From positions 7,272-71,271 of the forward strand of contig JAEZHF010000063.1 in the NCBI GenBank assembly GCA_023416745.1: a DNA stretch of 64,000 bases. The letters are read 5' to 3'. Positions within the stretch are counted from its first letter, which is position 1; each line of letters opens with the position of its first letter. The DNA is from Bacillota bacterium (GTDB lineage: Bacteria; Bacillota; Clostridia; Christensenellales; SZUA-584). The position numbers and the translations under genes are program-made. This document shows positions 37,633 through 47,085 of this stretch, piece after piece. The notes under the pieces are model-generated. The model saw only the letters and a program-made list of their open reading frames with translations. It made no database searches and had not been told where the DNA came from.

Positions 37633-38865
37633 TTAAGCGTCAATCATGTTCAATGCGGGAGTAAATATTTCGGCGTTCGAAAATAATCCCCCTAGCTTTT
37701 CCTCTTTGCCGCCATCTTTTGCAATTCTGTAAAAGTTCTCAGAACCAGCAACATTATGCTTATAACAAAATGAATATATTCCATCATCGAGTATAATAGT
37801 TGGAAAAACCTCCTCGTCAATTAAAAAATCCGATAGCTTTGTTTTTTCACCATCAAAATTCTTAAACAAATAAGTTGAACTCTTTTTTTCATTATAAATT
37901 GTATAGTATAGACCAGTTTTATCAAAGAGAACTAACTGTATTATACAGTAAGAACTATTGTAATAATATGGTTGCTCTTGTTTAAGATCTCCTTCCATAA
38001 GTATCTCAGTCTCGCCATTTGCTCCAAGCTCCTTAAAATAATATTTACTGCTTCCATCCTTTTCAAGCCGATCATATTCCATTGGCGTACAATATCCTGT
38101 TTGATACACTATTGTTTCATCCGTCAGATAGTAGTTATCAATCGTTTCTTCAATGATAAGCTGTGGCTCACCACCTTTTGACGCGACGCGAAGCAGATAC
38201 CAGTTGTCCAAATCGATATAATACAGCCAGCCTTTGCGGTATTTGATGTCCTTAACCTGCTTGTCGGCCAGTATCTTTTTACTTTTGCCTTTCAAATCCC
38301 GGGAACAAAGCCTGCCGTCTGTGTCCAAATAGAATACCGTATCCTCGGCGACAAGGAATGTCCCGCCATGGCCGGTATACTCCGCGGATAACAAATCCGT
38401 AATCAGCTTTTCGGTGCCTCTCGGTTCCTTTAAGCCTACTCAGTAAAGCGTATGCGCTTCCATTTCCGATTTGTCTTCGCAGTAATACAGATCGTTTTTA
38501 TAAATATCAAGCGCCGCCGGATACCAGGAATACCCTTGTCCTGAGATAATCCTGCTTTCCGGTAATGCCATACGAATGTAATTATTATCCGCATAATAAA
38601 CAGCGCCCATATACTGTTTTAAATACGCCGACCCATTGTTGATCTCCGGTTCCGTATAAGGCTCTTTTTGCTGCAACTCTTCCGGTATGCTTTCCATGAT
38701 AACAGGCGGCGTCGGTTCGGGAGCTGGTGTTATCGGAGGCAGTGTGGGGGGCCCGGTCACTTGGGTGGCCTTAGTCACCGAATCCACAGTGTACTCTGTG
38801 CTGCGGCACCCCATAAACCCCACCAATGTGACCATAGCAATAATAATCAGAATCAACCGTTTCAT
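37633..38865 (-). pseudogene. DUF5050-like (beta-propeller) lipoprotein gene interrupted by an in-frame TGA
   Basis: ORFs 38440..38865 and 37633..38394 share one frame. Translation reads ...EAHTLY*VGLKEPRGTEKLITDLLSAEYTGHGG.... The N-terminal part has a lipoprotein signal (LVGFMGC). The region is markedly more AT-rich than its flanks. Confidence 0.65.
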
Positions 38866-39030
38866 ATTTCACCCCGTAACCGGACACCATCCGCCTGATA
38901 TAAGGTAGGAAAAAGTGATTATTGTCAGAGGAACCATCATATAACTATAACTTCATTTAATTATAACCTGTAACTGCGGCAATGGGTAGATAGTAATAAG
39001 TCATTCTTGAGAAAAAGTATTGTGAATCCA

Positions 39031-40782
39031 TTACACAATGATGTACGCGCTGCCCAGTATCATCTTGCACTCCTTCTTGATACGGCTGGCTTCGGCGGAC
39101 AGCTCAAACACGTTGCAGAATCGGCGGCTGCACGCGGACACGCCGGCGATGGACAGCGACACCAGCGGGTACTGCTCTTCAAAGCCCTGCCGGTTCTTCG
39201 CAATAATATAGCCTCTGCCGATATCGTCTTCTTTATAGAACGTTTTGATTGAATTGTCGAATTTCTTCAGAATATTTCGGCACGTTTCCTCAGCCTCTTC
39301 CCGGCTGACGACGGATACAAAATCGTCTCCGCCCACGTGCCCCACGAAGCCTTTCTCGCCCACCGCACCGCTGATGATCTCCGCCAGGTTTAATATCACG
39401 CGGTCGCCGTTCTCAAAGCCGTACAAATCGTTGTATGCCTTGAAGCTGTCAATGTCAAAGTAGAGTACCCAGCTGTCCGCATTGGAAAACAGCACGCCGT
39501 GCAGCGCCTTTTCGATTTGCATATTGCCGGGCAGCATGGTCAGCGGATTGAGCTGCGTCGCATTGGTCACTTCGATTTCAATGGTCTTGTTTAGGAGGTC
39601 CTTGATGGTCACAATGCCATGGTATGTGCCGTCCTTTATTACCGTAATGAAATCGTATACCTTGCTGTCCGAGCGGGCCATCGCCAGCTTGCCCGCCACG
39701 TTGACAGGTGTCTTGTAGTCCACCGACAGAAAGTCGCAGTCCATCACCGACGATATGGGCTTGCGCGAGTACAGGCTGTAGCCGTACACTCCGGCCACCA
39801 CAGCGTTCAGCATGTTCCGCGTGACGACACCTTGCACCTGCCCGTCTCTGGTGACGCAAAACCCCTGAGCCTCGGGGTGCTTTTGCATCATCTCATATGC
39901 ATCCGGAATCATCACGTTCTCGTTGACCGCGATGGCGTGCACACACAGATTGCCGATGTATATATCGGAAAGGTTGTAGCCATACAGGTGATTTTTGTGC
40001 GCGTTGAGTTCTGCGATGTCACCCACCACGTCAGTGCTGATGGGCCCTATCACCGGGTCGGGGCGCTGAATATAATACCCCTGGCCATAGTGCACCCCGA
40101 TATGAATCAGCGCCTGCAGTTCGGCGCGTGTTTCTATTCCTTCGGCGATGAGGTATGTGCCGGTGATGCGCGCAAATTCCTGCATGCTGCGCACCAGCGC
40201 CTGTTTGACGGAATCCCGGTCGATATCGCGGATCAGGTTCATATCCAGCTTCAGATAATGCGGTCGCACGTCGGAGATCAGGTTAAGCCCGGAATAGCCC
40301 GCGCCGGCGTCATCAATTGCGATCTTGTAGTCCTGTCCCTTGTAATTGCTGATGATCTGCTTGAACTCTGCCATATTGGAGACAGCGCTCTTCTCGGTGA
40401 TCTCGAATATGATGTTTTCGGGATTGATATCGTACTTCTTGAGATAGTCCCGCGTGACGCCCTGCTGGAACTTCTCATCTTCGATGACACTGGGGTTCAC
40501 ATTGAGAAACAGCGCTGCTCCCGTGCGCGAGTCGCGCATGGCGGACAGCGCCTTGCTCCGGCACAGCCGTTCCAGATCCCAAAGTGCCTTATGCTGCTCC
40601 GCCACCGCGAACAGGCGCTCCGGATTTTCCAGCTCTGTTCCTTTGGGGCCGCGGCTTAAAGCCTCGTAGCCCAGCACCGAACCGTCCCGCAGCGATACGA
40701 TGGGTTGGAATACCGATCTGATGTCCGCGCTTCTAATGATATCCTCCAGTATGGCTTTTAGCGATTCTCCCGCCTCGTTCAT
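39031..40782 (-). CDS. EAL - CBS pair - GGDEF-like (GGDDF) signalling protein
   Basis: EAL-domain motifs GYEALSRGP, EITE and DDAGAGYS. A central CBS pair follows. The C-terminal cyclase-like domain carries HVGGDDFVSV. Confidence 0.85.
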   Translation of the reverse strand: MNEAGESLKAILEDIIRSADIRSVFQPIVSLRDGSVLGYEALSRGPKGTELENPERLFAVAEQHKALWDLERLCRSKALSAMRDSRTGAALFLNVNPSVIEDEKFQQGVTRDYLKKYDINPENIIFEITEKSAVSNMAEFKQIISNYKGQDYKIAIDDAGAGYSGLNLISDVRPHYLKLDMNLIRDIDRDSVKQALVRSMQEFARITGTYLIAEGIETRAELQALIHIGVHYGQGYYIQRPDPVIGPISTDVVGDIAELNAHKNHLYGYNLSDIYIGNLCVHAIAVNENVMIPDAYEMMQKHPEAQGFCVTRDGQVQGVVTRNMLNAVVAGVYGYSLYSRKPISSVMDCDFLSVDYKTPVNVAGKLAMARSDSKVYDFITVIKDGTYHGIVTIKDLLNKTIEIEVTNATQLNPLTMLPGNMQIEKALHGVLFSNADSWVLYFDIDSFKAYNDLYGFENGDRVILNLAEIISGAVGEKGFVGHVGGDDFVSVVSREEAEETCRNILKKFDNSIKTFYKEDDIGRGYIIAKNRQGFEEQYPLVSLSIAGVSACSRRFCNVFELSAEASRIKKECKMILGSAYIIV

Positions 40783-40969
40783 TCTGTGCTGCCCTCCCCG
40801 GTTGCTCCTCTACTGTGATTATCGCTTTATACGTGCACCCAGCCTATACAGTATGGGTTAACTTCTCGTTAAGACTGTGTAAAGGCAGCAGCGTATCAAG
40901 CAAATCACCGGCATTGCATGCTGCTGCCAGTGAGTGCATTGTTGGCTGAATGCGCCTTTATGCAATATG

Positions 40970-40977
40970 CATACAAT
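40970..40977 (+). promoter_or_regulatory. Possible sporulation-sigma -10 element upstream of cotJA
   Basis: CATACAAT matches the sigma-E -10 consensus CATACAnT and lies about 90 nt upstream of cotJA. I could not identify a -35 with confidence. Confidence 0.3.
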
Positions 40978-41065
40978 CCTGACACACTATTTTTACCCCT
41001 TCATATGATAACTATATAACCCTGTTTCACAGCAAGACAGGCTTTACTATAAGGAGATATGAGAA

Positions 41066-41257
41066 ATGAAAGAGAATGTTGCTGATATGATGGCGCCCGG
41101 CAGTTCCTGTGTGCCGCTTGAAACGCCCATCATGAACGTCCGTCTCGCTCATGCCTATGTGCCGTGGCAGAAGCTCTGTGGCACGATGACACCTTTGCAG
41201 TCGCTGAAAAGCGGAACGATCTTCCCCGAACTGCTGGGCCATTACGAAATGTATTAG
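41066..41257 (+). CDS. cotJA: Spore coat-associated protein CotJA
   Basis: LAHAYVPWQ...GTIFPEL motif, and position ahead of cotJB and cotJC. Confidence 0.85.
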   Translation: MKENVADMMAPGSSCVPLETPIMNVRLAHAYVPWQKLCGTMTPLQSLKSGTIFPELLGHYEMY

Positions 41258-41268
41258 GAGGATAGGCA

Positions 41269-41544
41269 ATGAACAGAGATGAAATGCTAAAAGCGCTCAC
41301 GGCAATGGATTTTTATGCCGTGGATATGGCGCTTTATCTGAATACGCATCCGGACGACCGCGAAGCCCTCGCCCGGTACAACGCTATTATCAACGAAGCC
41401 AATTCGCTCCGGCGGGACTATGAAAACCAGTACGGGCCGATGTATTCGTTCCGGTCCGCCAGCGCCAGCGCGTGGCAGTGGATAAACGACCCCTGGCCGT
41501 GGCAGAGCCAGTTTAATTTTATGTTGGGAGGAGATGATCGGTAA
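41269..41544 (+). CDS. cotJB: Spore coat protein CotJB
   Basis: FYAVDMALYLNTHPDD...YENQYGP signature. Confidence 0.85.
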   Translation: MNRDEMLKALTAMDFYAVDMALYLNTHPDDREALARYNAIINEANSLRRDYENQYGPMYSFRSASASAWQWINDPWPWQSQFNFMLGGDDR

Positions 41545-42140
41545 TGTGGATATATGAGAAGAAGCTGGAGTACCCCATCAGGATCAAAACGCCCAACCCG
41601 AAGATGGCGAAAGTCATCATCACGCAGTACGGCGGGCCGGATGGCGAGCTCGCGGCATCGCTGAGATATTTGAGCCAGCGTTTTTCGATGGTGACGCCGC
41701 AGGCCAAGGCCACGCTCAATGATATCGGCACGGAGGAGCTGGCCCATTTGGAGATGGTCGGTTCCATGGTCAAACAGCTCACAGAGAACGCAAGCATTGA
41801 AGAGATTGAAAGGGCAGGTCTGTCGCCCTATTACGCAGACCACGACAAGGCGGTATACCCCGTCAGCGCGGCCGGTGTTCCTTTCACCGCCGCCTATATC
41901 CAATCCAAAGGCGACCCGATAACCGACCTGTATGAAGACATGGCGGCAGAGCAGAAAGCGCGGTCCACATATGAATACCTCATACAGCTGGCCGATGACC
42001 CGGACGTGATCGAACCGCTCCGTTTCCTGCGGGAAAGAGAAGTCGTCCATTTCCAGAGGTTCGGCGAGGCGCTGCGCATCGTACAGGACCATCTGGGCGA
42101 CAAGAAGCGTGTGAGCATGAAAATGCCGTATAAAAAGTGA
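41544..42140 (+). CDS. cotJC: Spore coat protein CotJC (manganese catalase family)
   Basis: GGPDGELAASLRYLSQRF, EELAHLEMV and EREVVHFQRF motifs. Confidence 0.9.
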   Translation: MWIYEKKLEYPIRIKTPNPKMAKVIITQYGGPDGELAASLRYLSQRFSMVTPQAKATLNDIGTEELAHLEMVGSMVKQLTENASIEEIERAGLSPYYADHDKAVYPVSAAGVPFTAAYIQSKGDPITDLYEDMAAEQKARSTYEYLIQLADDPDVIEPLRFLREREVVHFQRFGEALRIVQDHLGDKKRVSMKMPYKK

Positions 42141-42187
42141 TTCGGCTCCGACAGCCGTTTATATAAAGCGCTCCGGATAACGGGCGC

Positions 42188-42216
42188 AAAAAAGCAGGCT
42201 CCCCGCCTGCTTTTTC
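42188..42216. terminator. Bidirectional rho-independent terminator
   Basis: AAAAAAGCAGGC-tcccc-GCCTGCTTTTT, between convergent cotJC and cysK. Confidence 0.75.
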
Positions 42217-42246
42217 TATATAAGAAAATCTAATTTCTCCAGTGTA

Positions 42247-43182
42247 TCAGCTTTCCGCGAACAGTGCGGTAGACAGGTAACGCTCACCGGTATCCGGCAG
42301 CACCACCACGATGGTTTTGCCCGCGTTTTCGGGGCGTTTGGCCAGCTCTGTGGCCGCCCAAACCGCCGCGCCGGACGATATGCCGATCAGCAGGCCTTCC
42401 GACTTGGCGATCTCCCGTCCCACTGCGAACGCATCCTCGTTCTTGACGGTGATGATTTCGTCATAGACATCTGTGTTGAGCACTGCGGGAATGAAGCCTG
42501 CGCCGATCCCCTGTATCTTGTGCGGCCCAGGACGCCCCTCGGAGAGCACCGGAGAGTCCGCCGGTTCCACCACGACGATCTTAACGCCGGGCTTCTTTGA
42601 TTTGAGGTATTCGCCGACACCCGTCACCGTGCCGCCCGTGCCCGCGCCGGCTACGAATATATCAACCTGGCCGTCGGTATCTTCCCATATCTCAGGGCCC
42701 GTCGTCGCCTTGTGAACCGCCGGATTGACCGGGTTGTCAAACTGGCCGGGGATGAACGCGCCCGATATCTCCTGCGCCAGCTCTTCCGCCCTGGCGATCG
42801 CGCCCTTCATGCCCTTCGCGCCTTCGGTGAGCACCAGCTCCGCCCCGTAGGCCTTGAGCAGATTACGGCGCTCCACGCTCATCGTCTCGGGCATTGTCAG
42901 TATGACGCGGTAACCCCTGGCCGCTGCCACGGACGCGAGGCCGATGCCCGTATTGCCGCTGGTCGGCTCGATGATGACGCTGCCCGGTTTCAGCAGACCC
43001 TTTTGCTCCGCGTCGTCGATCATCGCCTTGGCGATCCTGTCCTTCACGCTGCCAGCCGGGTTAAAATACTCCAGCTTGCCAATCACTTTCGCCTTCAGGC
43101 CGTGCTTGCTCTCATAGCCGGACAGCTCGAGCAGAGGCGTTTTGCCGATCAGCTCCGTCAGACTCTTATATACCTTTGCCAT
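42247..43182 (-). CDS. cysK: Cysteine synthase A (O-acetylserine sulfhydrylase)
   Basis: [21 protein letters not shown] and GTGGT motifs. Confidence 0.95.
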   Translation of the reverse strand: MAKVYKSLTELIGKTPLLELSGYESKHGLKAKVIGKLEYFNPAGSVKDRIAKAMIDDAEQKGLLKPGSVIIEPTSGNTGIGLASVAAARGYRVILTMPETMSVERRNLLKAYGAELVLTEGAKGMKGAIARAEELAQEISGAFIPGQFDNPVNPAVHKATTGPEIWEDTDGQVDIFVAGAGTGGTVTGVGEYLKSKKPGVKIVVVEPADSPVLSEGRPGPHKIQGIGAGFIPAVLNTDVYDEIITVKNEDAFAVGREIAKSEGLLIGISSGAAVWAATELAKRPENAGKTIVVVLPDTGERYLSTALFAES

Positions 43183-43231
43183 GTATTTTGCCTCCTGGAC
43201 ATTATATTTTCATATATGTTTTATATGCTTT

Positions 43232-43260
43232 ATATTATGCCGACTAAGTTGTTCTGTCAA
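43232..43260 (-). promoter_or_regulatory. Sigma-A promoter of cysK
   Basis: On the minus strand, TTGACA (43260-43255), a 17 nt spacer, then TAATAT (43237-43232). Confidence 0.55.
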
Positions 43261-43333
43261 TACCTTTTTATTATATTCTATTCTTTTTTTCATATCACCT
43301 TTGTATGAATTGCTCAAATGCAAGCATCAGCAC

Positions 43334-43366
43334 AAAAAATGCCTGACCGCTGAAGCTGTACAGGCT
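43334..43366 (-). terminator. Candidate terminator after the COG0523 gene
   Basis: The minus strand reads GCCTG-15 nt-CAGGC followed by ATTTTTT. The stem is short. Confidence 0.4.
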
Positions 43367-43393
43367 GTTTCGGGTACATAAGTGAGTGGCCGA

Positions 43394-44287
43394 TTATTCC
43401 TCCAGCAGATGCCGGACAGACGCTTTATTGAAACCGCGGCCGATGAATGTGAGCCGACATACTTCGTGTGACCGTGCGGTCTGCAGCACGACATCGTCAC
43501 CCGCAATGTTCAGCCGCCGCAGCTGCCCGTCTACGATGACAGCGCCCTTGACACGCAGGAACTCGCCCATCTTGCCGGACTGCACTCGCTCAATGAACCG
43601 CGCATAGCTTTCTTCTGTTAATGACTTTTGGGGTTCAATAACCACTGCATCGAAGTGCGCGTGGCCATGGCTGCTCACCCAAACGCGATCCTCGTCCGCT
43701 TCCGCACTCAACACATCATCAATAAAGCCCCGCTCATCCCACGGTCGCGCAACCAGCGCGACCTGCGGCGCAACGGCTTTCAGGTCACAGATCAGCTTGC
43801 TCAAATCCCCAGCGAACCGCTCCAACTTGCTCACGACGATGGTGGACGCATTTTTCAGCTGGTTCTCGATGAAGCTGCCGGCCAGCAGGGCGCGCTTCTG
43901 TATGTTCAGGCTGTCCGCCACCGTAATCGTCCGGCGGACGCGGCAATGGTTACGGATGAATTCGTCCTTCAATACATCTTCAAAGCGGTCGTATATGAAT
44001 ATGCCGGACGTCTCAAATACGATCCTGTCCGGCGAAAGTTTTTTGATAATATCGTGCAGCGCCAGCGTCATCTCAGTGCGCAGCGTGCAGCAGATGCAGC
44101 CGTTGGGCAGCGTGACCGCGGTGAAGCCCTCGCTGCGCAGCAGCTCCGCATCGGTATCCGTTTCGCCGAACTCGTTGACAATATAGACGGCCCGCTCCCC
44201 TGCTTTGATGTAATGCGCCAGCAGTATGTTGGCCAGCGTCGTTTTGCCCGCTCCCAGAAAGCCCGATATCACGTCCAACTCGATCAT
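43394..44287 (-). CDS. COG0523 / CobW-family G3E GTPase (metallochaperone-like)
   Basis: GFLGAGKTT P-loop and a CICCTLR (CxCC) motif. The start was trimmed to MIELDVISG at 44287, giving an ATGA overlap with the corrinoid gene. Confidence 0.85.
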   Translation of the reverse strand: MIELDVISGFLGAGKTTLANILLAHYIKAGERAVYIVNEFGETDTDAELLRSEGFTAVTLPNGCICCTLRTEMTLALHDIIKKLSPDRIVFETSGIFIYDRFEDVLKDEFIRNHCRVRRTITVADSLNIQKRALLAGSFIENQLKNASTIVVSKLERFAGDLSKLICDLKAVAPQVALVARPWDERGFIDDVLSAEADEDRVWVSSHGHAHFDAVVIEPQKSLTEESYARFIERVQSGKMGEFLRVKGAVIVDGQLRRLNIAGDDVVLQTARSHEVCRLTFIGRGFNKASVRHLLEE

Positions 44288-45015
44288 GTCATCACCTGAT
44301 ATGCGTTTTTCTGCAGTATACCACATTTATTCGTATAGGGAATATCTTCGCGATCAGACTGAAAGCCGCACACCATCTGTCTCGCGAGTTCGGCGGCGCT
44401 GGCCGCGTCCGGCGCGTATCCGTCCGCGCCGATCAGGTTGCAGAACGCCTGCGTGACGGGCGCGCCGCCCACCAGCACCTTGACGGAATCGCGCAGACCG
44501 GCGTCCATCAGCGCTTCGATCACCACACGCTGCTGATCCATCGTGGAGGTGAGCAATGCGGACAGCGCGAGTATCTGCGGACGGTGTACCCGCACCGCTT
44601 CCACCACAACGGCCGCCGAAGCATTGACGCCGATATCGATCACTTCAAAGCCGCACCCCTCCATCATCATACGCACCAAGTTCTTGCCCACGTCGTGCAT
44701 GTCGCCCTGCACCGTCGCCAGCACCGCCCTGCCGATAGGCTTTACACCCCCGCTGACGAGGACGGGACGCAGCAGTTCCATGCCGCGGTTGAGGGCGCGC
44801 GCAGCAACGAGAACCTCAGGAACATACGCCTCGTTCCTCCGGAACTTAACGCCCAGCTGCCCCATGCCTTCCAGCAGGCTGTCCAGTATCTGTCCTGCGG
44901 GCATGCCGTTATCCAGCGCCTGCGAAACCAGGGCGGCCACATAGTCGGCCCGCCCCGTCTGCACAGCGCCGGATATCAGCGATACCCGCGACATGTTATT
45001 ATTCATACTCGTCAT
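44284..45015 (-). CDS. Methyltransferase cognate corrinoid protein (B12-binding, MtaC-like)
   Basis: An N-terminal helical cap is followed by a Rossmann B12 domain with the DxHxxG motif (GDMHDVGKN). ATGA overlap with the upstream MtaB-like gene. Confidence 0.85.
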   Translation of the reverse strand: MTSMNNNMSRVSLISGAVQTGRADYVAALVSQALDNGMPAGQILDSLLEGMGQLGVKFRRNEAYVPEVLVAARALNRGMELLRPVLVSGGVKPIGRAVLATVQGDMHDVGKNLVRMMMEGCGFEVIDIGVNASAAVVVEAVRVHRPQILALSALLTSTMDQQRVVIEALMDAGLRDSVKVLVGGAPVTQAFCNLIGADGYAPDAASAAELARQMVCGFQSDREDIPYTNKCGILQKNAYQVMT

Positions 45016-46394
45016 GCCATATCGTATTTGGCCGGGTCCAGCTTTTCACACTGCGGCAGCATATCCTCCGTCAGCGCCTGCACGTCGGCTGGCAGCGCGT
45101 CCACATCCTCTGCCAGCCGCTCCAGCCACATCAGTTCCTTGTCGTCCAGCTGCAGCGCGCCATCCTTATGCGCCTTGTCCAGCACATCCGCCGTGAGCGC
45201 CGCCGCTTTCTTGATGCGCGCGTAGTGCGTATCCTCCTTCACCAGCTGCTTGGATATATCCAGCACCACATCGGGGCGCAGCACATAGGCCTGCGGGTCA
45301 AGAGCGCTGTCCGAATCCGCCAGCAGGTCGCGCATCAGCAGCGCCGTTTCATTACCGCGTTTGGATGCCTCGTTCATCAGGCGGCAGTCGTAGGCCAGCT
45401 GCTCGAAAGAAACAGTAGGCGCCATGCCGCCCAGCAGCTTGATGTTCTGCACCGATTCGTTGCTCCACAGGTCGGACAGGCAGGCCGCGATGTTGCCCAC
45501 GGGGCTGAGATGCGCGCACGCGCTGGTGCGGCCTTCCGTAGAGATCGGCGTGCCGGTGATGGCCTTCACATAGACGCCCTCGTAGCCGCAGTCCTTGTGC
45601 GGGCCCTTTGCGCCGCACTCGATGGCAACGAGGCTGCGCACCGCCGTCATCACGCGCACCACGGCGGAGAACACTTTGGGGATGTAGTTCCGGTCCGCCA
45701 GCACCATCGCGGTGTTGGCAAAGCCGCATGCCGTGTCGCCCGACGCCACCGTGCCCGTTCTGTCCGCGATGCCCACGATCTGGGTCCAGAGCCGTTCCAT
45801 GTCCGTGCAGCCCAGCACCGACAGCGCGAACACCGACTTGGCGATGTCGCAGTACATGATCGCCTCGTCGTGCACCTCCTTGCCGCCCACCGACTCGATG
45901 GCCAGCAGATCCGCACCCGCTTTGGCGCAGCCTTCGAACGTCTCCAGCATGGCGTCCCAGTGGCGACCGCGCCACATATGGGTGAGGTCGCTGCCTTCGC
46001 GGATGTCGTTGGGCGTGATGCGCACAGCGCCTTTGATGCCGTATTTATCCGCATGCTCCTTGACCGTCTCCACCACCGCTGCACACACCTCAATGCCCCA
46101 CTGCGGGTTGAACGTCATCGGCGGCAGCGTTTCGATCTCCGCCACGAAGCCGGGAACGTGCAGCTCGCGCGCGCGTTCACATATACCGTTGATGATCTCC
46201 CTGTAATGGCGAAGCACTTCCGGCATGGTGCCCTGGTCTATCATCATTGTGGGCAGTGTAAAGTTGACCTCGGGATAGAGCGTGCCCCCGCCGATCACCA
46301 TACCGTTTTTCAGCGTCACCGGATAAATCGCCCGGGCGTAAATCAAATCGTTTAGGTTCTGATATGCCGTTGAACCGATGGTTTGTCTGGCCAT
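45012..46394 (-). CDS. MtaB-family methyltransferase (methanol:corrinoid methyltransferase-like)
   Basis: About 460 aa. It is collinear with what I recall of MtaB (MA..TS.AY...; YPEVNFTLP; AIESVGGKE; GDTACGF). The start was moved to the ATG at 46394, 8 nt after AAGGAGA. The substrate is not inferable. Confidence 0.7.
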   Translation of the reverse strand: MARQTIGSTAYQNLNDLIYARAIYPVTLKNGMVIGGGTLYPEVNFTLPTMMIDQGTMPEVLRHYREIINGICERARELHVPGFVAEIETLPPMTFNPQWGIEVCAAVVETVKEHADKYGIKGAVRITPNDIREGSDLTHMWRGRHWDAMLETFEGCAKAGADLLAIESVGGKEVHDEAIMYCDIAKSVFALSVLGCTDMERLWTQIVGIADRTGTVASGDTACGFANTAMVLADRNYIPKVFSAVVRVMTAVRSLVAIECGAKGPHKDCGYEGVYVKAITGTPISTEGRTSACAHLSPVGNIAACLSDLWSNESVQNIKLLGGMAPTVSFEQLAYDCRLMNEASKRGNETALLMRDLLADSDSALDPQAYVLRPDVVLDISKQLVKEDTHYARIKKAAALTADVLDKAHKDGALQLDDKELMWLERLAEDVDALPADVQALTEDMLPQCEKLDPAKYDMA

Positions 46395-46634
46395 CACAAT
46401 ATTCTCCTTTTTCACTTTGATGCTCACAGTATAGCGCGGCTATGTCACTCATTTCTTGGACGATATTCTGATTTGTAGAATTATTTTACCTATTTCCTAT
46501 AGTGTTTATATGATTTAATTGAGTACGACTCGCATCACATGCCTTATCATTCCCTATTGTAATTTTTTTAAAGCATTTTGTTGCTTTTTTTATCCCTTTA
46601 TGGTATATTGCATATACTATGAGAGGTGCTAGTT

Positions 46635-47075
46635 ATGAGTGAAAGGTTTTATTCCGTTGAGAGTATTGCACAAATTCTGGGTATTCACCCCAAAACGGTA
46701 CGCCGATACATCACAGAAGGCAAGCTGCGTGCGGCCAAGGTAGGTAAGCAATACCGTGTGACCGGGCACGATCTGAGTCTGTTTGTGGAAGCGCGCGGCC
46801 TAGATGCCGGTACGCAAGCCGGTGAAGACAAACCAAAAGTGCCGTCCGTCTCTGCCGTGGCGGACATCGATGTGCGGGACCGGGATGAGGCGGACAGAAT
46901 CTCTTCCATGCTGCTGGCTGTGATGAATACACAGGACCCATTGATGAGCCGCAGCTCGCTGAATGTGCGTCAATATGAAGGCGGCCACCAGCTGCGGGTG
47001 ATGCTTTGGGGCCATCCCCGGTTTGTGATTCAGATGCTGGAGTGCATCGAAGCGTTGTCAGATCGCATTGATTAA
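46635..47075 (+). CDS. Helix-turn-helix (excisionase/MerR-like) DNA-binding protein
   Basis: YSVESIAQILGIHPKTVRRYITEGKLRAAKVGKQYRV is a classic HTH_17-like segment. ATG at 46635 after GAGAGG. Confidence 0.75.
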   Translation: MSERFYSVESIAQILGIHPKTVRRYITEGKLRAAKVGKQYRVTGHDLSLFVEARGLDAGTQAGEDKPKVPSVSAVADIDVRDRDEADRISSMLLAVMNTQDPLMSRSSLNVRQYEGGHQLRVMLWGHPRFVIQMLECIEALSDRID

Positions 47076-47085
47076 GGAGGTATAT

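Noticed and set aside
38440-38442. The in-frame TGA as selenocysteine or as a reassigned codon.
   Set aside because: I could not find a convincing SECIS-like hairpin immediately downstream. A Sec in an extracellular beta-propeller lipoprotein is implausible. TGA also functions as the stop in many neighbouring genes, including the ATGA overlaps. A nonsense mutation or a base error is more likely.
46428-46634. A possible cobalamin riboswitch upstream of the MtaB-like / corrinoid operon.
   Set aside because: The region is AT-rich. I could not see the conserved B12-box (GCCACTG-like) or the GC-rich paired elements. A covariance-model scan (Rfam RF00174) would settle it.
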